The notes under the pieces are model-generated. The model did not search any database and had not been told where the DNA came from. It was given only the letters and a program-made list of their open reading frames with translations. The position numbers and the translations under genes are program-made. Positions 1 through 10,357 of a stretch of DNA of 64,000 bases are shown piece by piece. Within the stretch, counting starts at the first letter, position 1. Every line of letters starts with the position of its first letter. Source of the stretch: Candidatus Thorarchaeota archaeon (GTDB lineage Archaea; Asgardarchaeota; Thorarchaeia; Thorarchaeales; Thorarchaeaceae); assembly GCA_048882045.1 (NCBI GenBank), contig JBHLRZ010000016.1, positions 10,738 through 74,737 on the forward strand. Reading direction: 5' to 3'.

Positions 1-14
1 CAGCAGGATTCAGA

Positions 15-626
15 ATGGTAGATGAAAATCATGACTCCGAAGAGATGGCTGAAGAGATCATAGATGCCATCGATGATGAAGCTGATTCGGATTTGGTCGA
101 TGGACTGTCCAAGAAGGAAAGGAAAATTGAGGAAGACCGTGGTTCAGAGCGCCAGCGGAAAGCACAGGACCTGAGGAAACAACTCAGGAAGCGGCAACTT
201 GGTCTTATCAATTATCGCTGGCCTGCAGCTGTTCTAATTCTTGGTGGTATAATGGCGATCATCTCTGAATTCCTAACGATAATGTATAGAGACCCTGCAG
301 TAATTCCTCCTGAGGTTGGATTCGACAGCTTTTTGCAGGGATTCACACGTAATGGTGGAGTCATCTTCATCTTCCCTATGCTTGCAGGAGCAATTATGTT
401 GGTTCTCAGCTATTTCGCATACTCGAATCCTAAAAAAACATGGTTGGCAATCATTCCAGCAATGATGCTGATGATGGCAGGTGGGACAATTTTCTTCTTA
501 GTCACATTCGCAGTATCATTAGAACCATCTTACACTGGTTACATCTATGCTACACCCTCAGTGCTGACCACGATAATAGCAGGGGTTGTTGCGCTCCTTG
601 CGATTGCTATGAGAGAAACCGAATAG
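15..626 (+). CDS. Hypothetical membrane protein (acidic/basic N-terminus, ~4 TM helices)
   Basis: 203 aa ORF; charged N-terminal ~65 aa followed by four hydrophobic segments. Confidence 0.7.
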   Translation: MVDENHDSEEMAEEIIDAIDDEADSDLVDGLSKKERKIEEDRGSERQRKAQDLRKQLRKRQLGLINYRWPAAVLILGGIMAIISEFLTIMYRDPAVIPPEVGFDSFLQGFTRNGGVIFIFPMLAGAIMLVLSYFAYSNPKKTWLAIIPAMMLMMAGGTIFFLVTFAVSLEPSYTGYIYATPSVLTTIIAGVVALLAIAMRETE

Positions 627-1196
627 TCACTCGCTTAGAAATTCATCGAGTCGACCTTCCTCTTCCAAGAGGTTCATCCAGTCTATCCTCTCCGGAGTGG
701 GAGTGTCATTCATGATAGAGTCTATTTTCTCTGCCGTCTCTGGCGCACTAAGTTCTGATGTGTCAACCTCGAAGACCTTTTTTTCACCAAAGGCATCGAG
801 AGCATCGAGCTGACACACACCGAGTATCTCAGCTTCTACATTCTCAATGATTTTTTCCTTAGAGTATTTTCGTTTTGAGAGACGTGTCCTTAGAATTTCA
901 GGATGAGTCCGAAGAAGGAACACCCACTGGACGGATCTACTAGGTACTAGATCAATATAGTGACCCTCAATGACAAGACGTTTCGTTTTGTCTTCTGTCA
1001 GTTCAACAAGTACATCGACAAGACAGTCCTCATTGATTATCCCAGTCTTACGAATTTGGTCCTCAGCTGAAACGCAGCCTGATTCCTCAGCGAGCTCTCC
1101 GAGTCCTACTACCTCAACACTTAGCTTGCTGCCAAGAATCTTTGCTACAACAGTCTTACCTGTTCCAGGTGTTCCACCAACTAGTATCACTGACAT
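627..1196 (-). CDS. Adenylate kinase AK6/Fap7 family
   Basis: ILVGGTPGTGKT P-loop, hhhEGH motif (VIEGHY), LRTHPEIL..RL..RKY..EKI.EN.EAE; start taken at MSVIL (ORF track extends to 1274). Confidence 0.88.
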   Translation of the reverse strand: MSVILVGGTPGTGKTVVAKILGSKLSVEVVGLGELAEESGCVSAEDQIRKTGIINEDCLVDVLVELTEDKTKRLVIEGHYIDLVPSRSVQWVFLLRTHPEILRTRLSKRKYSKEKIIENVEAEILGVCQLDALDAFGEKKVFEVDTSELSAPETAEKIDSIMNDTPTPERIDWMNLLEEEGRLDEFLSE

Positions 1197-1293
1197 GAGC
1201 TGATGGCCACACATGTTCAAGATAAGCGTTGAGAAGTAACCAATCCACTTGCATAAGTGATAAAAGAAGTTCAACAGTCTGCTTTTGGCAGCA

Positions 1294-1800
1294 ATGAATG
1301 CCTCCTATACTCTTAGACTCTTCCAACCAGCAGACATCAAGGATGTAGTTTCAATCAATCAACGTTGCCTGCCTGAGAACTATCCCGACCAGTTCTTTCT
1401 AGGACTCCATCACCATGCACCGAACGCGTTCTATGTTGCAGAATATGAGGGAGAGATAGTAGGATACATCATGTGCAGAATCGAGAGGGGTATCTCTGGA
1501 TTTGGGCGTTTACCAGTGAAGAAGGGTCATATTGTGTCAGTAGCAGTAGTTAGAACAATGAGGGAGAAGGGAGTTGGAACAGCCCTCATCAATGCTGCGA
1601 TGGAGGGAATGAGTGACTATGGAGCTACTGAGTTTTTCCTAGAGGTCAGAAAGAGCAATGAGGCTGCAGTAAATGTCTATGAAAGTCTCGGATATAATGT
1701 TCGCAGAGTCCTGAGAGGGTATTACCGCGATGGTGAAGATGCATATCTGATGGTAAAGAAAATAGATGGAGAGCCTGAGGAAGGTCTAGAGGATGAGTGA
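1294..1800 (+). CDS. ard1: N-terminal protein acetyltransferase, Ard1/RimI family
   Basis: CLPENY, GHIVSVAV, KGVGTAL, LEVRKSN, YYRDGEDAY motifs typical of archaeal Ard1/Naa10. Confidence 0.9.
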   Translation: MNASYTLRLFQPADIKDVVSINQRCLPENYPDQFFLGLHHHAPNAFYVAEYEGEIVGYIMCRIERGISGFGRLPVKKGHIVSVAVVRTMREKGVGTALINAAMEGMSDYGATEFFLEVRKSNEAAVNVYESLGYNVRRVLRGYYRDGEDAYLMVKKIDGEPEEGLEDE

Positions 1801-2701
1801 TTCAATCGATGTACCTCTGATACCCGAATGTTCAGCGTGTATTGTCAACAGCCTGAAAACAATGATTCCACTCCTGACAAAAGACAAAGAGAAACAGTTT
1901 GACCTTTTCAATCTAGCATACAAACGTATCTCTGAGGGGTATGCGAAGAATCTTACACCGATAGTTCTATCAGTCACACTCTATCAGGAGCTCTATTCAA
2001 AGGGTAATCTAGACGATCCATACAAAGAGATCAAACAGCGAAGTACCAGAGCCGCTCAGATGGCTTTACCTCTCATAGAGGAGAGGATGAATAAGTACAA
2101 GGATGCAGAGTATTTCCGAGCATGTATTGCGGCATCAATTGCTGGTAATATCATTGACTTCAACACTGCTGAACATACGCCAGACTTGGAAAGACTTGTA
2201 GATGTCTTTGGTGATGTGATGGAGCAAGGATTCGCCTTGGATGATTCAATCAAACTCTGGGAAACCCTACAATCTCAACAAGGGAAATTGATGTTCCTTG
2301 CAGATAATGCAGGCGAAGTAATTCTCGATATTCCCCTACTGAAACTAATCAATAAGTTAGGTTGGGAGATCACCTTTGTGGTCAAAGGACAGGCGATGAT
2401 CAACGATGTCACTTCTGAAGATGTCAAGGGAACTGAGATAGAAGAACTCACGACAATTGTCGACAGTGGTGGTTGGGCTCATGGAGTTCCCATCGAGTTT
2501 GTCAGCCCACAGTTCCTCAGGCTTTTCAAAGAGAATGACCTAGTGATCTCAAAGGGGCAAGCTAACATTGAAACAGTTCCAGAGATTCAACAAAAGACAG
2601 GCGTTGAAACATACTATATAACCAAAGCCAAGTGCTCTCACATCTCTCAGGCAATCAGGGCAAAGAAGGGAGACAACGTCGTTTTGAGAAGACCTGCGTG
2701 A
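1793..2701 (+). CDS. Damage-control phosphatase, DUF89/ARMT1-like
   Basis: ECxxC N-terminus, DPY, AGNIIDF, DNAGE, INDVT, SKGQANIE motifs. Confidence 0.88.
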   Translation: MSDSIDVPLIPECSACIVNSLKTMIPLLTKDKEKQFDLFNLAYKRISEGYAKNLTPIVLSVTLYQELYSKGNLDDPYKEIKQRSTRAAQMALPLIEERMNKYKDAEYFRACIAASIAGNIIDFNTAEHTPDLERLVDVFGDVMEQGFALDDSIKLWETLQSQQGKLMFLADNAGEVILDIPLLKLINKLGWEITFVVKGQAMINDVTSEDVKGTEIEELTTIVDSGGWAHGVPIEFVSPQFLRLFKENDLVISKGQANIETVPEIQQKTGVETYYITKAKCSHISQAIRAKKGDNVVLRRPA

Positions 2702-2727
2702 ATCTGAGTTTTAGACATCTTTGACAA

Positions 2728-2843
2728 GCTTTAAAAACACAAATCAAGCAGAAAACGACAGGCTGTACAGCACGAAGTGCTTGTACACTTTTCACGATTG
2801 ACAGCGACACTACATTATCGTGGAGCTGTCTCACAATTGGAGG
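2728..2843 (+). promoter_or_regulatory. Putative TATA box and structured leader with SD upstream of thermosome
   Basis: CTTTAAAAA at 2729-2737, two stem-loops at 2764-2787 and 2800-2830, GGAGG at 2839-2843 before the TTG start. Confidence 0.45.
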
Positions 2844-2850
2844 ATTAAAC

Positions 2851-4488
2851 TTGAGTCAACAAGTACCGGTTATTGTGCTCAAAGAGGATACTGAGCGCAC
2901 CCGTGGCCGTGATGCACAGAGAAACAATATCATGGCCGCTATTGTGATCGCTGAAGCAGTAAAGTCCGCCCTTGGACCCAAGGGTATGGACAAGATGCTC
3001 GTTGATGGCTTCGGCGACATCACCGTCAGCAACGACGGTGCTACGATTTTGAAAGAGATGGATGTGGCCCATCCTGCAGCAAAAATGGTCATTGAGGTTG
3101 CAAAGACTGTTGATGCTGAGGTAGGAGATGGCACAACCACCGCAGCTGTTCTGACTGGAGATCTCCTGAAGCAGGCTGAAACACTTCTCGACCAGAAGAT
3201 TCATCCGACCACTATCATCAGTGGATATAGAAAAGCAACTGAGAAGGCTCTTGAAGTCATTGATGCTGTAGCTGAAAAGGTTGATCCAGCATCTCCTGAA
3301 TACAAGAAGATCTTGATTGATGTTGCCAAGACTTCTATGTCTAGCAAGTTCGTTTCGACATATAGAGATCCTCTTGCAAAGATTGTTGTTGATGCAGTAC
3401 TGGCTATTGCAAAAGACCTTCCGAAAGATGAGGAGCTGAACATCGAGAACATCCCTCGTCAGAAACAAGAGGGAATGACCGTTGACAGAACAGAACTTGT
3501 CAAGGGACTTGTCCTGGACAAAGAGGTTGTTCATGCCGGAATGCCAAAGAGGGTCGAAGGAGCCAAGATTGCACTCCTAGAGTCAGCCTTGGAGGTCACA
3601 AAGACCGAGTTCGATGCAAAGATTTCGATCACAGATCCCTCAGCAATGCAAAGCTTCCTTGATGAAGAGGAACGCATGTTGAGAGACATGGTCGACAAGA
3701 TTGTCGAGGCTGGAGCAAATGTTGTTATCGCACAGAAGGGAATTGATGACGTTGTTCAGCATTATCTCGCGAAGAACAACATCCTTGCAGTCAGGAGAAT
3801 CAAGAAGTCTGACGTGGAGAGAATCCACAAGACCACAGGAGCAACAATAGTTTCCAAGATTCAGAACCTGACAGCATCCGATCTTGGTAAAGCCAAGCTG
3901 GTCGAGCAGAGAGAGGTTGCCGACGACAAGATGCTCTTCATTGAAGGTACACCAAAGTCGAGCGTTGTAACATTGCTTGTCAGGGGAGGCACAGACCACA
4001 TCGTGGATGAAGTGGACCGTGCTCTAAATGATGCACTTTATGTTGTCAGAGATGTTCTAATCCATCCCGCAGTGACCTACGGAGGTGGCGCTCTTGCATC
4101 AGAGATCGCAAAGCAACTGAGAGACTACGCAGACACTCTTGAGGGTCGTGAGCAGTATGCAGTAAATGCATATGCAGATGCTGTTGAATCACTACCTAAT
4201 ACCCTTGCTGAAAATGCTGGACTTGATCCTATCGATGTGATTGTCGATCTGAGAAAAGCACACACAGAGGGTAAGATTCATCACGGGATTGAAATCACCA
4301 AAGGCAAGGTTGCAGACATGAAGCAGGCTAGAGTTGTTGAATCTGCTATGGTCAACAAGCAAATAGTCATGTCAGCAGCTGAAGCAGCTCAGATGATACT
4401 CAAGATAGACGACGTCATCAGCTCCCGCGGAGGAGGAATGCCTGACATGGGCGGTGGTCCTGGCGGAGACCTAGGTGACGACGAATAG
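2851..4488 (+). CDS. ths: Thermosome (group II chaperonin) subunit
   Basis: [26 protein letters not shown]-rich C-terminus; TTG start with SD. Confidence 0.97.
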   Translation: MSQQVPVIVLKEDTERTRGRDAQRNNIMAAIVIAEAVKSALGPKGMDKMLVDGFGDITVSNDGATILKEMDVAHPAAKMVIEVAKTVDAEVGDGTTTAAVLTGDLLKQAETLLDQKIHPTTIISGYRKATEKALEVIDAVAEKVDPASPEYKKILIDVAKTSMSSKFVSTYRDPLAKIVVDAVLAIAKDLPKDEELNIENIPRQKQEGMTVDRTELVKGLVLDKEVVHAGMPKRVEGAKIALLESALEVTKTEFDAKISITDPSAMQSFLDEEERMLRDMVDKIVEAGANVVIAQKGIDDVVQHYLAKNNILAVRRIKKSDVERIHKTTGATIVSKIQNLTASDLGKAKLVEQREVADDKMLFIEGTPKSSVVTLLVRGGTDHIVDEVDRALNDALYVVRDVLIHPAVTYGGGALASEIAKQLRDYADTLEGREQYAVNAYADAVESLPNTLAENAGLDPIDVIVDLRKAHTEGKIHHGIEITKGKVADMKQARVVESAMVNKQIVMSAAEAAQMILKIDDVISSRGGGMPDMGGGPGGDLGDDE

Positions 4489-4524
4489 AAAGAGTCAAAC
4501 GTAGTTTAGAATCAGGTGAAGCTC

Positions 4525-5208
4525 ATGTCAGAAGACTCTGAACCAAAGGAAAATGGGTCCGAAGAGGAAAATGCTGAAGAACCCACTACAACCATCGAGG
4601 AAGGAGTTGCTTTGTTGACCAACATCGCTGGTGTTGGACCAAAGACAGCTGAGAAGCTTATAGCAGCAGGATACAACTCACTCGAGAATGTTACCACAGC
4701 AGACAAGGAAGAGCTTGCAGCTGCAGTTGCTGGTCTTAGTGTTTCAAAAGCAGAAGCAATTATTGTTGAAGCTGAGGATGTCCTCGAGAAGGTGAAGGCC
4801 GGAGTCCTAGATCTGAGTGGAAAGGCTAAGTCAAAGCGAAAGAAGGCTCCTGAACCTGAGCCCGACCGTCATGAGCTTGCTCCATTGGAAGCAGTCGACA
4901 AGGCTGAAACACGCAAGAAGCTCGTCACCGGGTACGATAAGGAAAAGGAAGAGATGGGAATTCCTGTCGGTCCAAAGTGGCTGACCAAATTCGAGAAAGC
5001 CAGGATAATTGGAGCGCGAGCGCTTCAGGTTTCAATGGGTGCACCAGTACTTATCGACATTAAGAATGCACCTAAGGGACGGTTCGGATTTGCTGAAGCT
5101 GAACTGAAGTCAGGAGCACTCCCCATGACTGTCCGACGAACTCTTCCAACAGGAGAGTCCTTTGACATCCCACTATCGATTCTTCTAAAGAACACAAGGT
5201 TGGACTAG
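4525..5208 (+). CDS. rpoK: DNA-directed RNA polymerase subunit K (Rpo6) with N-terminal helix-hairpin-helix extension
   Basis: C-terminal LTKFEKARIIGARALQVSMGAP...A.AEL..G.LPMTVRRTLP is the Rpo6/RPB6 core; N-terminal IAGVGPKTAEKL..AGY is an HhH motif. Confidence 0.9.
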   Translation: MSEDSEPKENGSEEENAEEPTTTIEEGVALLTNIAGVGPKTAEKLIAAGYNSLENVTTADKEELAAAVAGLSVSKAEAIIVEAEDVLEKVKAGVLDLSGKAKSKRKKAPEPEPDRHELAPLEAVDKAETRKKLVTGYDKEKEEMGIPVGPKWLTKFEKARIIGARALQVSMGAPVLIDIKNAPKGRFGFAEAELKSGALPMTVRRTLPTGESFDIPLSILLKNTRLD

Positions 5209-5234
5209 TTCCAACCTCTCCTTTTCTTTTCTCT
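5197..5234 (+). terminator. Hairpin + pyrimidine/U-tract terminator after rpoK
   Basis: AGGTTGGA-CTAGT-TCCAACCT followed by CTCCTTTTCTTTTCTCT. Confidence 0.55.
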
Positions 5235-5309
5235 ATACGAGATTTGTGCAATCATACGACGCCTTAAAAGAGGCGACTTGTAGATAATTAATTCCTAGTG
5301 GTGGTTAAA

Positions 5310-6629
5310 ATGCAGGCGTATCTCCCCAGTGCGGATCTAATTATCAAAATACTACTAGGGTTTGTCGTTGGAGCCCTCATTGGACTTGAACGACAAAAGA
5401 AGATACAGTCCGAGAGGGTTGCTGGAGTCCGTTCCTTTGGTCTGCATAGCCTCTTTGGTACTCTTGCTGCCTATTCCTACCAAATACTCAGTGAACCAGT
5501 GATTCTTGTCTATGCTATCGTAATTTCAGGAATCCTTGTGACAACACAAATCTACTACAAGATGTTCAGGACTATGGGGAAGGGGCTAACAACACCACTT
5601 GTGTTTGCAATCTCATTTGTTCTCGGGATTATTGTAGGTCTTGATACTCCTCCAGTGGGTCAACTTGTAGGCACACTTGGCGTCTTTGCAATGACCGTTT
5701 CATTTGGGGTGTTCCTTGTTCTCAGCTTCAAGGAGGAACTAGCTCATGCTGTTGAAGTAATTACCAGAGATGAGATGATCAGTGCTGTAGAATTGGGAGT
5801 CATCATTCTATTCCTATGGCCAATACTTCCACAGACTGTTCAAATAGGTCCTGTTGTGTTTCCAGCGTTTCAGACATACTTACTCATTGTCATACTTCTG
5901 ATAGTGAGTTTTGTGAACTATATCTTAGTCAAGAAATACAAGGACAGGGGTGTCTACTTCTTTGGACTGTTCGGAGGACTAGCCAATAGTGAGGCTACGG
6001 TTTCTAGTGTGACAGACTTCTATGTCAAAACCGAGAGGAAAGGTCTTGGAAGGATTAGTGGGTCAATACTATTTGCAAATGTAGCAATGGTTCTAAGAAA
6101 CGGATTCCTACTTCTACTCATTGATAACACATTGCTGTTGCTACGTCTCTACCTAATACCAATCTGCATCATGCTAATCATCAGTGTGATGAAGCTAGTC
6201 ATTGAGAGTAGAAAAGAGGATCACAAGAGTGAGCCTATGTTCGATACTCGGTTAGTTTCTCCATTCGAGTTTGGACCAGCATTGAGGTTCGGAGCGATAT
6301 TCGTTGCAGTCTATCTGACTCAACTCTTTTTCACAGAGTTCTATAGTGATGCCGGTCTTGTTCTGGCAGCAATCATCGGTGGATTTGTTTCGGCTGGAGC
6401 TGTAGTTGCTAGCTCAGCAAGTCTCTTTATAGCTGGAGAGGTCAGTCTTTCAGTCGCAGCGAATGCTGTTATTCTCACTACTATAGTTTCAGTTCTGAAC
6501 AAGATGATCTACGTTTATTTCGCAGACCGCGAAACCACACTTCTTAGATCGGTTGCTCGAGATTCTGTAGTCGTAGCAGTTGCCATTTTCCTCTACCTCA
6601 TTCTGCTATCACTCGGACTTATAGCCTAG
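5310..6629 (+). CDS. MgtC/SapB family membrane protein with DUF4010-type C-terminal region
   Basis: GALIGLERQ...AGVRSF (MgtC signature), GLFGGLANSEA, PFEF.PALRFG; ~12 TM. Confidence 0.82.
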   Translation: MQAYLPSADLIIKILLGFVVGALIGLERQKKIQSERVAGVRSFGLHSLFGTLAAYSYQILSEPVILVYAIVISGILVTTQIYYKMFRTMGKGLTTPLVFAISFVLGIIVGLDTPPVGQLVGTLGVFAMTVSFGVFLVLSFKEELAHAVEVITRDEMISAVELGVIILFLWPILPQTVQIGPVVFPAFQTYLLIVILLIVSFVNYILVKKYKDRGVYFFGLFGGLANSEATVSSVTDFYVKTERKGLGRISGSILFANVAMVLRNGFLLLLIDNTLLLLRLYLIPICIMLIISVMKLVIESRKEDHKSEPMFDTRLVSPFEFGPALRFGAIFVAVYLTQLFFTEFYSDAGLVLAAIIGGFVSAGAVVASSASLFIAGEVSLSVAANAVILTTIVSVLNKMIYVYFADRETTLLRSVARDSVVVAVAIFLYLILLSLGLIA

Positions 6630-6774
6630 GTCCAACACAACACTTAAAGAAGAAACGACCAGACTCCATGTTGGTGACCAATGTGACAGGTGAATTTGTT
6701 CATCCAAATGAATAGCCTTAGTGCAACCACCGTCACCTCTTCTCGTTACCAATTTGTTTTCTGGAGGAATCAAG

Positions 6775-8085
6775 ATGAGTGAGATGAGAACAGTCAGAGG
6801 TATGAGAGACCTCATGGGTCAAGAGATGCAGGTCAAGAATTACCTCATGGCTATAGCTGTGGAAATCTTTGAACAGTATGGCTACGAACCCCTAGATTCA
6901 CCAGTAATGGAACTCTGGGAAACATTGTCAGCAAAAGGTGGAGAAGAGGTCGAGGAGCAAACTTTCAAGTTCTTAGACAAGGGAAACCGAGAGGTCGGTC
7001 TTAGATTTGACCTTACTGTCCCCCTTGCACGAATAGTGGCAACAAATCTACATCTGCCCAAGCCATTCAAGCGCTATGCACTCGGTAAAGCATGGAGATA
7101 TGATCGACCTCAAGCTGGTCGCTATCGAGAGTTTGAGCAGGCTGATGTGGATGTCATCGGCTCAGAGAGTCCAGCGGCGGACGCAGAGGTCGTCCTTATC
7201 GCCATAGAGTTCCTTCGTAGAGTTCTTGGTGAAGACTATCTAATTCAAATCAACAATCGAAAGGTTCTCCGTGGAATGACTGAGAAAGCTGGTGTTCCTG
7301 AAAACCAAGCTTTCGAGTGCTTTAGAGCGATTGACAAACTGGATAAGATTGGGCGAGATGGAGTCTTGAAAGAACTGCAGGAGAGAGGTATAGATCCTAA
7401 GCAGAGTGCATTTCTCATCGATGCAATCGCCATCAAAGGTAGTGGAACTGAAACCCTACAGAGGTTCAGAAACCTCTTGAAGGGATCAGAGATAGGAAAT
7501 GAAGGCGTCGATGAACTGTCCCTCATGGCAGAAATCTTCGAAGAGAGTGGAGTAGGCGAACTAGTAGAATTTGACATGTCACTCGCAAGGGGATTAGACT
7601 ATTACACCGGTCCAGTGTTCGAAGGAAGATATCTTGGGAAACCAGCCGTCGGTGCCATCCTTGGAGGTGGTCGATACGACCGTCTTATAGAGAAGTTCGG
7701 AGGTCAGGAAACTGCAGCCACGGGCATCTCATTGGGAATTGGACGACTTATTGAAGTAGTAATAGCTCGTGGCGGAGCAAAAGACTTGACAAAACCTCTC
7801 GACGTCTTTATCGCACCTATCAAGAGACCAATGTTGCGATATGCCGCCGCACTCCAGACCGACTTGATTAGGAATGGGATTTCATGTGAAGTTGATTTGA
7901 TGGAAAGACCCCTGAAAAAGCTCCTCCAACAAGCAGACACAAAGAATGCAAGATTCACTGTGATTGTTGGAGAGAGGGATATAGCGAAAGGCGAGGTAAG
8001 TGTGCGAAACATGTCTACGAAAGAAACAGACCAAGTCAAGTTGAATAACCTCACATCTTACATACTAGAAAAATCTCAATCTTAG
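6775..8085 (+). CDS. hisS: Histidyl-tRNA synthetase
   Basis: RGMRD, LRFDLTVPLAR, WRYDRPQAGRYREF.Q, ARGLDYYTG, GGGRYD, anticodon-binding domain. Confidence 0.97.
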   Translation: MSEMRTVRGMRDLMGQEMQVKNYLMAIAVEIFEQYGYEPLDSPVMELWETLSAKGGEEVEEQTFKFLDKGNREVGLRFDLTVPLARIVATNLHLPKPFKRYALGKAWRYDRPQAGRYREFEQADVDVIGSESPAADAEVVLIAIEFLRRVLGEDYLIQINNRKVLRGMTEKAGVPENQAFECFRAIDKLDKIGRDGVLKELQERGIDPKQSAFLIDAIAIKGSGTETLQRFRNLLKGSEIGNEGVDELSLMAEIFEESGVGELVEFDMSLARGLDYYTGPVFEGRYLGKPAVGAILGGGRYDRLIEKFGGQETAATGISLGIGRLIEVVIARGGAKDLTKPLDVFIAPIKRPMLRYAAALQTDLIRNGISCEVDLMERPLKKLLQQADTKNARFTVIVGERDIAKGEVSVRNMSTKETDQVKLNNLTSYILEKSQS

Positions 8086-8171
8086 TTCTAGAGGGGAGGT
8101 TTCTCTGACTCAAAGGGTTGAGGAGACCAAATCCTTTTCTCATAGTTTGTGATAGATTCTCTGGGATTGCC

Positions 8172-9011
8172 ATGGTTCGAATGCCTGTACGAGCTGGAAG
8201 CTTCTATGAAGGGCAAGAAGATTTGCTACTTGAGAGAATCAGGAACTGTTTCTTGGGGCCATTAGGACCTGGAAAACTCCCTGAAGGAGAACCCGGATCG
8301 ACCAGGTCTATAAAAGCAGTTGTCAGTCCACATGCTGGCTACATGTATTCAGGAATGCCTGCTGCTCATTCATATCTCAAGATTTTCGAAGACGGGATAC
8401 CTGAACACATTGTAGTTTTAGGTCCAAATCATACAGGAATGGGTGCTAGACTTGCGGTTTGCAATGAAGACTGGCAGACTCCGTTAGGAACAATTGGATT
8501 CGATGGAGTGCTAGGAGCAGCCATAGTTGAAGAAGACCAATTTGCATCGAACGACTGCATCGCTCATAGTAACGAGCATTCAATTGAAGTGCAGGTCCCC
8601 TTCATGCAATACACATTTGGACCCGGGGTGCCATTCGTACCAATTTGTGTTTCAGACCAGTCTTACGCAGTGTGTGAGTCAATTGGGATGACCTTGGCCC
8701 GACTTGCGGAAGAGATGGACATTCTAGTTATTGCAAGCTCAGACTTCACGCACTTTGAGTCAGCCGAGAGTGCAAGAAAGAAAGACAACCAGGCATTGGA
8801 GTATCTTGAGTTTCTGGATCCTGAAGGATTCTTGTCATTTGTGCAGGGGCATCGAGTTAGTATCTGTGGTGCAGGACCAATTGCAGCAGCTATGGTCTTT
8901 GCGAAAGAGAGAGGTGCAACTCAGTTCAAGTTGTTGAAGTACACGACCTCGGGAGACATTACAGACGACAACTCAAGTGTTGTTGCGTATGTAGCTGCAA
9001 CTATAGCTTAG
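8172..9011 (+). CDS. amrB: MEMO1 family protein (AmmeMemoRadiSam system protein B)
   Basis: AGSFY, PHAGYMYSG, GPNHTG, EHSIEVQ, ASSDFTH, SICG. Confidence 0.92.
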   Translation: MVRMPVRAGSFYEGQEDLLLERIRNCFLGPLGPGKLPEGEPGSTRSIKAVVSPHAGYMYSGMPAAHSYLKIFEDGIPEHIVVLGPNHTGMGARLAVCNEDWQTPLGTIGFDGVLGAAIVEEDQFASNDCIAHSNEHSIEVQVPFMQYTFGPGVPFVPICVSDQSYAVCESIGMTLARLAEEMDILVIASSDFTHFESAESARKKDNQALEYLEFLDPEGFLSFVQGHRVSICGAGPIAAAMVFAKERGATQFKLLKYTTSGDITDDNSSVVAYVAATIA

Positions 9012-9039
9012 ATCAGTCGGATCCTACAAGTTCGATTTG

Positions 9040-10293
9040 TTAATCAGTCACACATGTTTCTTCGCTTGAACTGCCTGGAAGCAACACAGCAGCTACGACA
9101 CCTCCTGCGACTGAAACACCACCAGCAATCGCAAGGCTCAAGGCTGCAGTACCAGTTTCATCAAATATGTAACCACCGATAAGCGGACTGACGGCATAGG
9201 CGCTGTTACTTACAGCTCCGAACACACCCATCATGACTCCATACGCACTTGGGTCTGTCACATCTGCAATCAACGCTTGGATTGCTGGACCCCGCATGGA
9301 CATCCCAATTGACAGTACGATTCCTGCAATCAGAAGGTCGATAGTTGTCTGTGCTAAGATGAACATACCCATGGCTCCAGCACCAATCATTGCTCCAATC
9401 ACAATGAGCCACTTACGACCTCGTATGTCCGAGAGTTTCCCGAATCCAACATTACCAATCATCATTGATATACCAATGACTCCAAAGAAAAGACCGATCT
9501 CATATGGTTCTAAGCCGATGTTAATCACAGCATCAAGCATGAAAGCGACTTCCAATATTCCCATGGCAAACATGTTTGCGAACATGGCAACACCAAGAGC
9601 TCCATAGCAAGCACGAGCTCGATTAACTATCTCACGTATTGGAATCTTAGGTGTGACTTTCTTGATTGTCTTTTTAACTGGCTCTTCAACTAAGATATAT
9701 AGAAGGACCATTGTAAGGAGTGTCGCAATCCCAGCTAGAATGAATGGCACCCTAATACCTAGAAATTGTGCGAGAAATCCACCAAGTGCGGGACCTACTA
9801 CGAAACCCACCATGTTACCCATTGAGAGATAGCCCATTGCAGTACCTCTATTCTTTGGAGTAGTTACGTCTGAAACAAGAGCATTAGCTGCAGGAAAGAA
9901 ACCTGCAGAAACTGCACCTTCCACAGAACGGGCTCCAATCATTACGATGACATCGTATGCGTAAGCATATACAATGTTCGAGAAAGCAAATCCCAGAAGA
10001 GCTACTATCAAGACAGGTTTTCTACCCACTCTGTCTGAAAGCCGTCCTAAAGGTCCAGCCAGGATAATTCGTGCGATGGCAAACGAAGCAGCAAGAACTC
10101 CAAGTTCAATACCGGCCATTCCCATAGATTCAATGTAATAGGGAAAGATTGGGGCAACAAGACCAAAACCGATTTGCAGGATACTGAGTGATATCGCTAA
10201 CATCCATACCTGATACATTCCACCAGACTTCTCGTTAGTATCAATATCGAGTCCACCAATCACTGGCGCTGCAACTTCGGTTTCAGGGTCCAT
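9040..10293 (-). CDS. MFS transporter (DHA1-like)
   Basis: GRLSDRVGRK and GKLSDIRGRK motif A in both halves; 12 TM. Confidence 0.92.
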   Translation of the reverse strand: MDPETEVAAPVIGGLDIDTNEKSGGMYQVWMLAISLSILQIGFGLVAPIFPYYIESMGMAGIELGVLAASFAIARIILAGPLGRLSDRVGRKPVLIVALLGFAFSNIVYAYAYDVIVMIGARSVEGAVSAGFFPAANALVSDVTTPKNRGTAMGYLSMGNMVGFVVGPALGGFLAQFLGIRVPFILAGIATLLTMVLLYILVEEPVKKTIKKVTPKIPIREIVNRARACYGALGVAMFANMFAMGILEVAFMLDAVINIGLEPYEIGLFFGVIGISMMIGNVGFGKLSDIRGRKWLIVIGAMIGAGAMGMFILAQTTIDLLIAGIVLSIGMSMRGPAIQALIADVTDPSAYGVMMGVFGAVSNSAYAVSPLIGGYIFDETGTAALSLAIAGGVSVAGGVVAAVLLPGSSSEETCVTD

Positions 10294-10357
10294 TAGGTTT
10301 TCACTCTAAGTTTCGCAAGACCTTAGCCTTTTCAAGCTTCGCAATAAGGATAGCAAA

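Noticed and set aside
15-626. Claudin/tetraspan homolog
   Set aside because: Four-TM topology alone is insufficient; the claudin W-GLW-C-C signature is absent
2845-3534. Long antisense or alternate-frame ORFs (e.g. 2845-3534, 44052-44750, 48643-49248, 45677-46180)
   Set aside because: They overlap well-supported genes and have Ser-rich, motif-free translations typical of shadow ORFs
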